A stretch of DNA of 61,351 nt from an archaeon (GTDB taxonomy: Archaea; Nanobdellota; Nanobdellia; Woesearchaeales; GW2011-AR9), in the NCBI GenBank assembly GCA_043812455.1, contig JBDRMB010000027.1, forward strand, positions 1-61,351. The letters are read 5' to 3'. How positions within the stretch are numbered: position 1 is the stretch's first letter; each line of letters begins with the position of its first letter. Shown in pieces: positions 36,096 to 45,597 of the stretch. The notes below the pieces were generated by a model that ran no database searches, had not been told where the DNA came from, and saw only the letters and a program-made list of their open reading frames with translations. The translations under genes and the position numbers were made by a program.

Positions 36096-36506
36096 TTGAG
36101 GATAATCTGTCGTGCACAAATTTTAAATAGTGATGCTAATAATCACAAATTTACAATGAGATATTTTCATATTGATAAGAAAGAAGAAATGAGTGGGCAG
36201 GACCTTTTTAACAGAGTAAATGCTTCTTTAAATGGGATGGGTCTGTTGGAACATGTGCGAATTACTGAAAATGATTATTATGTACAAGATACTTGGAAAG
36301 ATCCTGATGGTAGGGCAGTTGTTGCAATTTATAAAAAAAGGGATGTTGATTTGTTACCAGCAACTTTTGATATGGCTCTTAATAACAAATTATTCTCCTC
36401 TTCTGGAAGTGAATTACGTAATGCTGATTGTGTAATCTATACTGTTAGAATGGATGAAAGTCAGTATGGGGAAATAAAAAGAAATGTTGAAATGGGCTTA
36501 GAATAA
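36096..36506 (+). CDS. Hypothetical protein
   Basis: Open frame; start uncertain (possibly MRYFHID). Confidence 0.55.
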   Translation: MRIICRAQILNSDANNHKFTMRYFHIDKKEEMSGQDLFNRVNASLNGMGLLEHVRITENDYYVQDTWKDPDGRAVVAIYKKRDVDLLPATFDMALNNKLFSSSGSELRNADCVIYTVRMDESQYGEIKRNVEMGLE

Positions 36507-36529
36507 TTTTTTGTTGATTACTTTGTTTT

Positions 36530-37291
36530 TTACAAAACTTCTTCAGAATTATCATCAGTAGGAGTATCTTCATTATTTTCTTCTAATACTCTTTCATCTG
36601 TGACATTACCGTCTCCTTCAAAAAAGGCATAACAGTCATTTTGCATAGCGCTAAATCCAATCTCATCACACAATTCCTCATTATCACCAATTTGAGCCAT
36701 TCGTAATAAACATAAATCTGTGTTCCAACTGTTACTCATAAGATCACACATCTCAACATCAACAACTTCTTTAGCAATGTGCATAATACATCGGTCAGCA
36801 TCAACAAAGTCTTTTAATTCTAGACATAGTTCAGCATTGTTTGTAGCCGCTGCAATCTCTTTATAACATTCCTCATTTTGTTCTTCGCGGTCAACTAAAG
36901 CGCAAAATTCAGCTTCGTTATTATTCAAAGCATAATTGTAATAACAGTTTTCTTGCCAATAAGTATCTTCAATAATGTCACAGATTTCAACATCAGCCCG
37001 TAACTGTGCAATTTGATGCTGGCAGTAATATTTGGTGCTATCCTTTTGGATTAAGTCACATACATTCAAATCATCAGCTTCCACTGCAAGTTCTGCTACA
37101 CAGGAATCTCGTAAGGTATCAGATTCAACTTTACTACATTCTAGCTTTTCAGAATAACAGCTGTCTTTAGCAGAACCTTCCATGCTGGCACAATCGGAAG
37201 TATCTACAGTTGCTCCACCAGTAGGGTTACAGCTTGCTAAAACTAAGCTTAAAGCAAGCAAAATTGCTATGATTAACGTTTTGTGTGACAT
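36530..37291 (-). CDS. Cys-rich repeat lipoprotein
   Basis: Signal LVLASC; about seven repeats of C..I......C...+A. Confidence 0.75.
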   Translation of the reverse strand: MSHKTLIIAILLALSLVLASCNPTGGATVDTSDCASMEGSAKDSCYSEKLECSKVESDTLRDSCVAELAVEADDLNVCDLIQKDSTKYYCQHQIAQLRADVEICDIIEDTYWQENCYYNYALNNNEAEFCALVDREEQNEECYKEIAAATNNAELCLELKDFVDADRCIMHIAKEVVDVEMCDLMSNSWNTDLCLLRMAQIGDNEELCDEIGFSAMQNDCYAFFEGDGNVTDERVLEENNEDTPTDDNSEEVL

Positions 37292-37361
37292 GTTGGCTTA
37301 GGTGGTATTTTGCTTTATAAAGATTATGATATTCTAGTAATTGTTTTGTTCAAAGGCAAAA

Positions 37362-37401
37362 ACCACACATCCACTGGTCAAGTGCGGACAAAGTATATAA
37401 A
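37362..37401 (+). promoter_or_regulatory. 22-bp conserved box plus TATA box, copy 2
   Basis: ACCACACATCCACTGGTCAAGT, 9 bp, then GTATATAAA. Confidence 0.7.
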
Positions 37402-37439
37402 CTAGCAATTCTATGAACTATTGTGATAATTTTTCAGAC

Positions 37440-37471
37440 TTTTCAAGTTTAAGATTGTAGAAACTTGAAAA
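37440..37471 (+). promoter_or_regulatory. 5'-UTR hairpin of the second LAGLIDADG gene
   Basis: Perfect 11-bp stem TTTTCAAGTTT/AAACTTGAAAA covering TTG 37465 and ending 8 nt before ATG 37480. Confidence 0.55.
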
Positions 37472-38181
37472 CTAAAAAAATGAATATTAAAAAAATTCAT
37501 AAAATTGATCTTAATGAAAATACTGCCTATCTTGCAGGAGCAATTGTTGGAGATGGTCATATTTCTAATTCTTGTAAATCAAAAACAGATAAATCTAAAG
37601 ATTACAAAATTGCCATAGAAGTAATAGATAAGGAGTTTTTGATGGAAGTTGAAGCTTTAATTAAATCTATCATACAAACTAAAAGTACTATTAAAGGGCG
37701 ATATGACCTTAGGGGATGTAGAAAGAAATTGTATTATTTTCAGTTCAGGAATAAGAGCTTCTACTATTTTTTGACAAAAGATCTAGAAATAAAGGCAGGT
37801 AATAAGTGTTCTTCTGTAGTTATTCCAAAGAAAATATTTTATTCATTAAACTTACAAAAATCCTTCATTGCTGGTCTTTTTGATACTGATGGGGGAATAA
37901 GGGGAAAAACAATAGGATTTACTTCTTCAAGCAAAATATTAATTTATCAAACAAGTATAATTCTAAATAACTTGAAAATAAAACATTCTGTAGAATCTTG
38001 GCTAAACAAGAAATATAACCAGAAGTATTATGGAATAAGAATTAGTAAGATAGATAGCGATATCTTTTTAAATAACGTACCTCTTAGGAATAAAGAAAAA
38101 CTCAAAAGAGTCTTTTATCATGTGGGCGTGCCGGAGTGGTCAAACGGGATAGAAAATTCTATGATCCAAATCAAGAATTAG
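37465..38181 (+). CDS. Free-standing double-motif LAGLIDADG endonuclease overlapping tRNA-Leu
   Basis: AYLAGAIVGDGH and FIAGLFDTDG; the last 20 codons run through the tRNA 5' exon into its intron. Confidence 0.85.
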   Translation: MKTKKMNIKKIHKIDLNENTAYLAGAIVGDGHISNSCKSKTDKSKDYKIAIEVIDKEFLMEVEALIKSIIQTKSTIKGRYDLRGCRKKLYYFQFRNKSFYYFLTKDLEIKAGNKCSSVVIPKKIFYSLNLQKSFIAGLFDTDGGIRGKTIGFTSSSKILIYQTSIILNNLKIKHSVESWLNKKYNQKYYGIRISKIDSDIFLNNVPLRNKEKLKRVFYHVGVPEWSNGIENSMIQIKN

Positions 38182-38272
38182 TCCAAGCTTAGGCCGGTTT
38201 GGTAAGGTATAAACTTACTGGAAGATACCTATTGGTTTAGTACCTACGCAGGTTCGAACCCTGCCGCCCACA
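38122..38272 (+). tRNA. tRNA-Leu(TAG) with two introns (30/31 and 37/38)
   Basis: Acceptor GTGGGCG/CGCCCAC-A; spliced arm ATAGG-CTTAGGA-CCTAT; long variable arm; introns 38153-38186 and 38194-38226. Confidence 0.88.
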
Positions 38273-38309
38273 TTCCTTTTCTTTTGGTGATTGATGTTAA
38301 AGGTAAAAA

Positions 38310-38936
38310 ATGAGCCTAAAAGACCTTTTCACCAAGTATGATAAAGAATTCATGCTAGTTGTCATTTTATTATATTACATCTTTCCTTTCTTTCTGGTCA
38401 GCAGATTAACATTAGATAAAGTACATTATCATCTAAACACTATTGATCATATAATTCCTTTAGTCCCTTTTGCAATTGTAATTTACCTTTCAGTATTTGT
38501 CTTAGTATTTCTACCTTACTTTATCATAAAAGATAAAAGGTACTTTTACAATGTGTCACTAAGTTACTTTTTTGTAATGAGTCTTAGTTATATTATCTAC
38601 TTATTTTTTCCTGTAGAAATAGTTGGACCAGATCCTGGAACTGGCATCTTTGCTTGGGTTGTAAGTATAGTATATTTTATTGACCATACTACAAACGCTT
38701 TTCCAAGTTTGCATGTGGCCATGGCATTATTATCAAGTTTAATTTGTTATCGTCACAATAAAAAATATTGGTGGTTCATATTATGGGCAGTCTTGATTTC
38801 AATATCTATCGTGTTTGTCAAACAACACTATTTTATAGATATAATTGGTGGAGCATTAGTTGGATTAATAGGATATTTAATCTTAATTAGAATCTTAGAA
38901 AAAAAGAAAATTAAAATTAGTAAAAATAGAAACTAA
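38310..38936 (+). CDS. PAP2/AUR1-like membrane phosphoesterase
   Basis: NAFPSLH and QHYFID motifs; six TM helices. Confidence 0.85.
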   Translation: MSLKDLFTKYDKEFMLVVILLYYIFPFFLVSRLTLDKVHYHLNTIDHIIPLVPFAIVIYLSVFVLVFLPYFIIKDKRYFYNVSLSYFFVMSLSYIIYLFFPVEIVGPDPGTGIFAWVVSIVYFIDHTTNAFPSLHVAMALLSSLICYRHNKKYWWFILWAVLISISIVFVKQHYFIDIIGGALVGLIGYLILIRILEKKKIKISKNRN

Positions 38937-40504
38937 ACACCCTTGAACAACTTAGCAACTTTTTCCTTACCAATCTCTAAAATAAAACTAGCTAACCTTG
39001 GTCCTTTCTCCTTGTTAATCAAAACTCGGTAAGCTGTCTTGAAGTAATCACCTGGTGGGAAATCGTTGTTCTTACACAAAATGTACATCTCTTCATGCAA
39101 TTCCTTGTCAGTCCATTCTTTTTCAAGCAATTTGTCAGCTACCTGGTGCAAAATTTCCTTTTCTTTGTCACCTAAAGTCACTTGAACTTTATCTTGGACA
39201 TGAAACCTAAAGTCTTCTGGTGCATATTTCTGGATCCAATTCTTAGCACATTCTGCACGGATTCTAAGACGTTTCTTATCATGCTCATTCTTCAGTTCTT
39301 TTTCAAAGTAACCAACTGTTTTCTCAATATCAAAACTGTTGATTTGTAATACTGTTGTCAAATGCCTAATACTTGGCTGATAAGGAATGGTTTTAGGAAT
39401 TTTACCAATGAAACTTAATTCATAAGCTACAGAATTCTTTTCCTTAATTTTTTCATTGACGTTCTCTAGGCCAAAATAAATTCTTTCCACTTTATCAAAT
39501 TCTTCATAAACAGCTAAAACATCAGTATCAAAACTGATTGCAAACTCTCTATTTGGTCTAGTACCAGCAAATAGGTATCTAACAATCTCAGGTTCGTACA
39601 CTTCCAGTGTATCTTTCAAATCAATAACGTTTCCTAAAGACGAAGACATCTTACCACCAGCGCCTTTTACAATGATAAAATCATAACGTTGATAGACTGG
39701 AGCTTCTTTTTTCCAGACTGTTTCTACTATTTCCTTAGAAGTATCTCTGCTGCCACCAGGAGTAGAATGTTCTTTACCACCTGGTTCAAAATCTACATTT
39801 TCGTATGCCCAGCGCATTGCCCAGTCAACTCGCCATCTCAATTTTGCAATTTTAGTTTTTCTGAAATCAATTTCTTCTGTAGCGCCACATTCGCATTTAT
39901 AACTTAATTTATAATCTCCTAGCCATTTAAGTTCTGTAATCGTATCCTTTTTACAGGTTGGACAGAAAATTGTTACAGGCAGCCAGTTCTCTGCAAGAGG
40001 TTCTTTTCTATATTTGTCAAGAATATCTTTAATCTCTTTTGTATGTTCAAGGGCTTCTTTTATCTGTTCAGCATAATCTCCATTTTTATATTTTATATTT
40101 TGATAAATAAATTCTGGATTAACATCAACTATTGGAAGAACGTCTTCAACTGCCTTTTGATTATGTTTAGCATAACTTTTGTGGCAGCCATAAGTGTCTG
40201 GAACATCTACAATTGATTTTCTCAAACAACTTTTTAGAATGTCTGGTTTTGGCATTCCTTGCGGTACTTTTCTGAATACATCATAATCATCCCAAGAATA
40301 AATAAATCGAACTTTCTTACCGCGTTTGATTAATGCTCTTCGTACCAGATCTACAGTAATCGTTTCCCTAAAATTTCCAATATGAACTACACCGCTAGGA
40401 GTAATACCTGCAGCTACAGTGTAAGATTTTTTGTCTCCCTTTTCACGGATAATTTTATCTGCAATGATATCTGTCCAATGATACATATTTTTTTCTTCTG
40501 CCAT
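38933..40504 (-). CDS. lysS: Class I lysyl-tRNA synthetase
   Basis: GITPSGVVHIGN, WRVDWAMRW, EPGGKEH and KMSSS motifs. Confidence 0.95.
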   Translation of the reverse strand: MAEEKNMYHWTDIIADKIIREKGDKKSYTVAAGITPSGVVHIGNFRETITVDLVRRALIKRGKKVRFIYSWDDYDVFRKVPQGMPKPDILKSCLRKSIVDVPDTYGCHKSYAKHNQKAVEDVLPIVDVNPEFIYQNIKYKNGDYAEQIKEALEHTKEIKDILDKYRKEPLAENWLPVTIFCPTCKKDTITELKWLGDYKLSYKCECGATEEIDFRKTKIAKLRWRVDWAMRWAYENVDFEPGGKEHSTPGGSRDTSKEIVETVWKKEAPVYQRYDFIIVKGAGGKMSSSLGNVIDLKDTLEVYEPEIVRYLFAGTRPNREFAISFDTDVLAVYEEFDKVERIYFGLENVNEKIKEKNSVAYELSFIGKIPKTIPYQPSIRHLTTVLQINSFDIEKTVGYFEKELKNEHDKKRLRIRAECAKNWIQKYAPEDFRFHVQDKVQVTLGDKEKEILHQVADKLLEKEWTDKELHEEMYILCKNNDFPPGDYFKTAYRVLINKEKGPRLASFILEIGKEKVAKLFKGV

Positions 40505-40625
40505 AAGCTTTAATGATAAGTAATTGTTATTTAAACATTTCTTATAGTTTTAGTTAAGTTAGTTTTATATATTATAAAATATTCTTTAGATATTGTAATT
40601 ACTTTAATTTAAGAGGTGTTTAATC

Positions 40626-41504
40626 ATGATTATTACAAGCTGTGGAAATTCTGTAAAAATTGCTAAAAAGATTGCTACGCAACTGAAATGTAAATATAAT
40701 CCTTTGAAAATCAGTTGTTTTCCAGATGGAGATATGTACATGAAGTATAGTGACAAAGTGAAAGGTCAAGAAGTAGTAATTGTCCATTCTTTTCAACCTA
40801 ATTCAGATTTATCAATGTTCAGATTAATCTGGGCAGCAGCAGGAGCAAAACAACAAGGAGCTAAAAAAGTGATTCTAGTTGCACCTTACTTAGCTTACAT
40901 GAGGCAAGATAAAATGTTCAACCCTGGCGAAGTGGTAAGTGCCAGAGTGATGGCCAAGCTTGTTAACACTTATTTTGATAAACTTATTACAATAGATCCA
41001 CACTTGCATAGGATCAGGAAGATGAAGGAAGTGTTCAAGAATGGCACAAATTTGACTGCTAACAGTGTGATTGGTGATTATGTTAAAAAGAAAATCAAGA
41101 ACGCTGCAATCATCGGTCCGGACTGGGAATCATATCAATGGGCAGAAGCCATTGCAAAGATTGTAGGTTGTGAAGTTTCTGTGTTTCGTAAGACAAGGTT
41201 TAGTGGTAGGCATGTTGAATCAGAGATGATAAAAAAGATTGATATGAAAGGAAAGAACGTTGTGATAGTTGATGACATTATTTCTACTGGTCATACTATC
41301 ATCGAAGCTTCTAAGAAAGCTAAACATCTTGGAGCTAAAAGTGTTACTGCGATTGGTGTACACGGTCTATTTGTAGAAGGTGCTGTTGGTAAACTGAAAA
41401 AAGCTGGGATTAAGAATGTTCTTTCGACAAATTGTATTGAACACCCGACTAATGCGATTGATGTTACCTCGTTGTTGGTTAAGGAGTTGAGGAAGAGAAG
41501 ATAG
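40626..41504 (+). CDS. prs: Ribose-phosphate pyrophosphokinase
   Basis: FPDGD, PYLAYMRQDK, IDPH and VDDIISTGHT motifs. Confidence 0.95.
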   Translation: MIITSCGNSVKIAKKIATQLKCKYNPLKISCFPDGDMYMKYSDKVKGQEVVIVHSFQPNSDLSMFRLIWAAAGAKQQGAKKVILVAPYLAYMRQDKMFNPGEVVSARVMAKLVNTYFDKLITIDPHLHRIRKMKEVFKNGTNLTANSVIGDYVKKKIKNAAIIGPDWESYQWAEAIAKIVGCEVSVFRKTRFSGRHVESEMIKKIDMKGKNVVIVDDIISTGHTIIEASKKAKHLGAKSVTAIGVHGLFVEGAVGKLKKAGIKNVLSTNCIEHPTNAIDVTSLLVKELRKRR

Positions 41505-41507
41505 TAC

Positions 41508-41816
41508 TTATTCTTCTTCTGTTTCCTTATTAACCCAGTCTTCAAAGGCTTTGTTTGCTTCTGCGTTAATTTTTATGATGCACGGAGTGTCATAAGAGTG
41601 CAAGTTCTTTATTTCTTCTTTGACTTTATCCCAGTTTTCATCTCTGGTTTTCATAAGTGCAGTAGTTTCTTTAACATTGTTCCTTTTGTTTTTCCAATTG
41701 AAGCAAGCATTTACATCTGAGAAATTTGCGCACGCGATAAGTTTTTCTTTTAGCAAGTGGTTTGCAATCTTTTGTGCTTCTTCTCTGTTTGCAAAAGTTG
41801 CATAAATGATTATCAT
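41508..41816 (-). CDS. cutA: CutA divalent cation tolerance protein
   Basis: LIACAN, LMKT and LHSYDTPCI motifs. Confidence 0.92.
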   Translation of the reverse strand: MIIIYATFANREEAQKIANHLLKEKLIACANFSDVNACFNWKNKRNNVKETTALMKTRDENWDKVKEEIKNLHSYDTPCIIKINAEANKAFEDWVNKETEEE

Positions 41817-41828
41817 TTTAGTTTTTGA

Positions 41829-42296
41829 TTATTTACACGAACTGTCATAATCATAACGATCATCTAGGTCAGCTTGGTAATCCCTGGGTGTTGTGCTTAT
41901 AACCGGTATACTACCCCCTCCTCCTGAACTAAAACCAACATCTCTTGTAGGTCCGCTATGTGTTTCATGTTTTTTTGATATGTTAGTTTCTCCTATCAAG
42001 CATCTTTTTCCATCTCTTGATTTCGTAGCAAAATAATAATTATCTCCTTCCTTAACAAGGATTAGTTTATCAGCGTGGTCAAATAATACTGAAATGTCTG
42101 ACAGAATTCTTGAAGTTCTAATCATGTAATCTGGCCCAAAAGTAATTTGAAGAATACAATCTTCAACAAATACATGACCTCTAAACTGTTCCTTTGTGGA
42201 TTTAAAATATTCTCTTAAAGCATCATTAAGTTTTTCTTTTTGGATCACCTTAGGATTTGTCAACTTTAAGTCTATTGTTTCTCTATCATATGCCAT
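41829..42296 (-). CDS. Hypothetical protein
   Basis: 155-aa ORF. Confidence 0.6.
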   Translation of the reverse strand: MAYDRETIDLKLTNPKVIQKEKLNDALREYFKSTKEQFRGHVFVEDCILQITFGPDYMIRTSRILSDISVLFDHADKLILVKEGDNYYFATKSRDGKRCLIGETNISKKHETHSGPTRDVGFSSGGGGSIPVISTTPRDYQADLDDRYDYDSSCK

Positions 42297-42335
42297 AAAT
42301 TAATTAACTATCTCTTGTATTTAAATATTTATGAA

Positions 42336-43187
42336 TTATAGGCTCTGTAGAAAAAGTCTTAAGACATTAGCTCCAATGTTGTAGGCTATAAGCCTACAGA
42401 ACATTTCTGCATTAATCATGGGGCTTTTTCGATACTTGACAGTAGCTCCGAAGAGTCTTTTCAAGGCAGAGAAAAGACATTCAACAATATTTCTCTGCCA
42501 GTATAAGCACCAGTCAAAGCAATCTCGCATTAATTTTCTATGTCTTCCTCGCTTACAACCCTTTCGAACAGGCGCTACGCTGAATGTGCCATGTTTGTTT
42601 AGCCATTGGTGAAGATCTTCGCAGTCAAACCCTTTATCCATTAGTAAGATCTCTGGTTTGACACAACTTTGCTTATGCAAAGTTGGGATTCTTTTAGCTT
42701 CACCATGTGGCTTTGCGAAGAAAGTTCCTGCCAAGAACTTTCTTCTTTTCACATCAACGAGAGTTATTGCTTGAACATGTCTTTTTACTGGATCTTTCCC
42801 GTCAATACGCTTAAGATAGTATTGGCTTGCTCCAGTCCTAGAAAATCCTGTTCCATCTGCTGCAGCAAGATAGACTTTGTCAAAGTCTATCGTCGCAGTA
42901 AGAAGGGATTGCCAAATTGCTCTAGGAAATCTCCTAGCAGCTTTTTGTAACGTTGTAAAGTGTAATTTTACATCGTAAAATTCTGCTAAGAACTTAGCAG
43001 CTCTCCGATATGAGAGCTGATATACTTGCTTAATAACTAAACCTAAACAGAGAAGCCAAGATTGGAACTTTTTAGGCCCATAATGATGGAGCCATCTTGG
43101 ATATCCAGCAGTTTTAAACAAGCAATAAATTTTTCTATCAAGTCTTTTTTCTTTCTTCATATGGTGAATACCTCTAATATTCACCAC
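42336..43187 (-). CDS. IS5-family DDE transposase
   Basis: AADGTG, LMDKGFD and RNIVECLFSALKR motifs. Confidence 0.9.
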   Translation of the reverse strand: MVNIRGIHHMKKEKRLDRKIYCLFKTAGYPRWLHHYGPKKFQSWLLCLGLVIKQVYQLSYRRAAKFLAEFYDVKLHFTTLQKAARRFPRAIWQSLLTATIDFDKVYLAAADGTGFSRTGASQYYLKRIDGKDPVKRHVQAITLVDVKRRKFLAGTFFAKPHGEAKRIPTLHKQSCVKPEILLMDKGFDCEDLHQWLNKHGTFSVAPVRKGCKRGRHRKLMRDCFDWCLYWQRNIVECLFSALKRLFGATVKYRKSPMINAEMFCRLIAYNIGANVLRLFLQSL

Positions 43188-43245
43188 CCCCTGTAGAAGA
43201 GATTCTACAGGGTTATTTTAATCTTACGAGATTTTCTACAGAGCC
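42341..43245 (-). mobile_element. IS5-family insertion sequence, 905 bp
   Basis: Perfect 14-bp TIR GGCTCTGTAGAAAA (42341-42354) / TTTTCTACAGAGCC (43232-43245); no target-site duplication visible. Confidence 0.85.
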
Positions 43246-43290
43246 ACAATTTCCGAAAACTTTTTGAACTTATATGTTATTACTTCAACC

Positions 43291-43348
43291 ATAAATAGCA
43301 CCTCTTTTTTTGTTTTACCACTAAAAAAGAAATCATGGTGCTATTTAT
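43291..43348. repeat. Nested inverted repeat
   Basis: ATAAATAGCACC/GGTGCTATTTAT (12 bp) enclosing TCTTTTTT/AAAAAAGA. Confidence 0.6.
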
Positions 43349-43624
43349 ACTTATTTAAAAAGCAATTCTACGGTGCCAATCTCTCAGAAAAATTTAAATA
43401 TCTTGATTGCATATATTATTATATGATTGGTAGAATTAAATTGAGATTAGTACTTTCTAAGATAGTTAGCTTTAATTCTCCTAACCCATCACCGGCACAG
43501 TAAGTGCCTTCATCAGATTCTTAGTTCAATACAGATAAATATTTGAACTTTCTAAAAAAATACATGGAGGAAATAAAAATGAAATTAGAGCAAATAGTAC
43601 AAAAATTTGAGAGGAGGAGCGAAA

Positions 43625-44416
43625 ATGAAATCGGGAAAACCGGTGGTCGTATTCCTTGTTAAAGATAAAACCATCTCTATAATAGGAGCAGGTTCTTTAG
43701 GAACTGCAGTTATTGAAGCACTTAATTCACAAGGACATGAAAAAATAATTGCAACAAGAAGAAGTGACCAAGGTCTAGAAGAATTACAACAAAATTATGA
43801 TGTTAAAGCAAGTAAAAATAATTTTTATGCTGTAGAAAATTCTGACATTGTAATTTTAGGAGTAAAACCTTACTTAATTGAAGAGATTTGTAAGGAAATT
43901 AAACCTTATGCTCAAGGAAAATTAGTGATTTCTCTTGCAGCTGCAAAAAGTATCTCTGAAATTGAAGATGTCTTAGGTGAATCAAGAATTTGTCGAGTGA
44001 TGACTGGAATTTTTGTAAAAGATGAAGTTGCGGCATATTCTTTTGGTTCTAAAAGAAACGAAGAAGATGCTGAAATTGTAAGGTATATATTTGGAAATGA
44101 TGCAATTGAAGTTGAAGAAAACGCTTTAGCTGATAGAACTTGGATTGCTTGTGATACTGGTTTGCTAGCCAAAGAAGTTGAAAATAAGATTAAATCTTTA
44201 GAATATATGGATGAAAACAGTGCAAGGATTATGTATGCCGCAACACTTGAAGCGGTCTCTAAAGGTTTAAGGGATGGTATGACTGGAAACCAGATTTTTG
44301 ATAAGGTTGCTGGATCGGGTAGTTTTACAGAAAAGTTGCATAACTCCTTGAAAGAGAAAGGCATCTACAAACATATGGCAAAACTTGTTAAAGAAACAAT
44401 TAAGGTTTGTAAGTAA
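43625..44416 (+). CDS. Pyrroline-5-carboxylate reductase-like oxidoreductase
   Basis: IIGAGSLG Rossmann motif, DIVILGVKP, ISLAA and ICRVM; diverged C-terminus. Confidence 0.75.
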   Translation: MKSGKPVVVFLVKDKTISIIGAGSLGTAVIEALNSQGHEKIIATRRSDQGLEELQQNYDVKASKNNFYAVENSDIVILGVKPYLIEEICKEIKPYAQGKLVISLAAAKSISEIEDVLGESRICRVMTGIFVKDEVAAYSFGSKRNEEDAEIVRYIFGNDAIEVEENALADRTWIACDTGLLAKEVENKIKSLEYMDENSARIMYAATLEAVSKGLRDGMTGNQIFDKVAGSGSFTEKLHNSLKEKGIYKHMAKLVKETIKVCK

Positions 44417-44460
44417 TTTTTTTATTTTTTTCTTCATTATTCTCAAACATACATATTCTA

Positions 44461-44500
44461 CCCACACACCCACTGGACAGGTTCGGAAAAGGTATTTAAA
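44461..44500 (+). promoter_or_regulatory. 22-bp conserved box plus TATA box, copy 3
   Basis: CCCACACACCCACTGGACAGGT, 9 bp, then GTATTTAAA. Confidence 0.7.
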
Positions 44501-44543
44501 GTAGCAATGCCTAGAAATATTCAAGATACAGATATATTGAGGG

Positions 44544-45563
44544 GTGCTTAAAATGTATAACAAAGTTCAACAAATAAAAAATCTGCAAGCTAACGATGTT
44601 GTTAATGATATCTTCGTTGTTAAAGCCAAACGGGGAATTCAACCGTACGCTAACGATTCTAAATATCGATTTGAGCTGAGATTGGGTGATAGTAGTTCAG
44701 AGATTGACCTCAAATTTTGGGGTGGGGAAGATTTGGCTATTGTTCAAGAACTTTATGACATCATAAAAGTTGACGAAGTGATATTTCTGCAAGGGAAAGT
44801 TAACGAATTCAATAATAATCTTGAAATCAGTTCTAACCAAGGTGTGCATGAATTAAGACCGCTCCAAGCAGGAGAATATAATGCTACTGCTTTCTTGAAA
44901 AAGACAGACAAAGATATTGAACTTATGTTTTCTGAATTAGTAACTATCCTTAACAATGTGCAAAATCCGGAACTGAAAAATCTGGTACAAGCATTTCTTA
45001 ACGACCAATCATTTGTACAAAAATTTAAGACCACCCCAGCATCACATTACCGTTATCATGCTTACATAGGTGGATTGTTGCAGCACAGTTTGGCAGTAAC
45101 AAAGATTTGTCTAAAAGTTGCCGAGATTAATAATAGTATCAGTGCCAATAGTGTTAATCCTAAACACGGCAAAGGACTTGACAAAGATCTTCTAATTGTA
45201 GGTGCAGCGTTCCATGCCATCGGAAAGATTGAATATCATCAGTTAAGTACCAGCATCAAAGTAAGTAAGTCTGGAATAATGCAAGGTTCAGTAGTTGCTG
45301 GCTGGAAAATGATGCAGGATAAGATGAAAGCTCAATTAGTTTCTGAAGAACTTAAGTTAAAGCTGGAAAATATTATGTTAAGCCATTTAGGTAAAAAAGA
45401 GTACGGTGCAACAACATTACCTAAAACTCCTGAAGCTTTAGTGATTAGTATTGCTAAAGAATTAGATTCTAAAGTTAACGGAATGCTTAACGTTAAAACT
45501 GAAGCTGATCAGAACGAAGATTTTGCGTACAGTAAAGATTTTGGTGCTGTGTTTTTGAAATGA
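44544..45563 (+). CDS. YhaM-like OB-fold/HD protein with a degenerate HD site
   Basis: N-terminal OB fold (LRLGDSSSEI...QGKVNEFNNNLEI); TPAS.YRYHAYIGGLLQHS; HAIGK in place of HDIGK. Confidence 0.8.
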   Translation: MLKMYNKVQQIKNLQANDVVNDIFVVKAKRGIQPYANDSKYRFELRLGDSSSEIDLKFWGGEDLAIVQELYDIIKVDEVIFLQGKVNEFNNNLEISSNQGVHELRPLQAGEYNATAFLKKTDKDIELMFSELVTILNNVQNPELKNLVQAFLNDQSFVQKFKTTPASHYRYHAYIGGLLQHSLAVTKICLKVAEINNSISANSVNPKHGKGLDKDLLIVGAAFHAIGKIEYHQLSTSIKVSKSGIMQGSVVAGWKMMQDKMKAQLVSEELKLKLENIMLSHLGKKEYGATTLPKTPEALVISIAKELDSKVNGMLNVKTEADQNEDFAYSKDFGAVFLK

Positions 45564-45597
45564 TTTTTTTTAATATTTTAAATAGTATTAAGAATAA

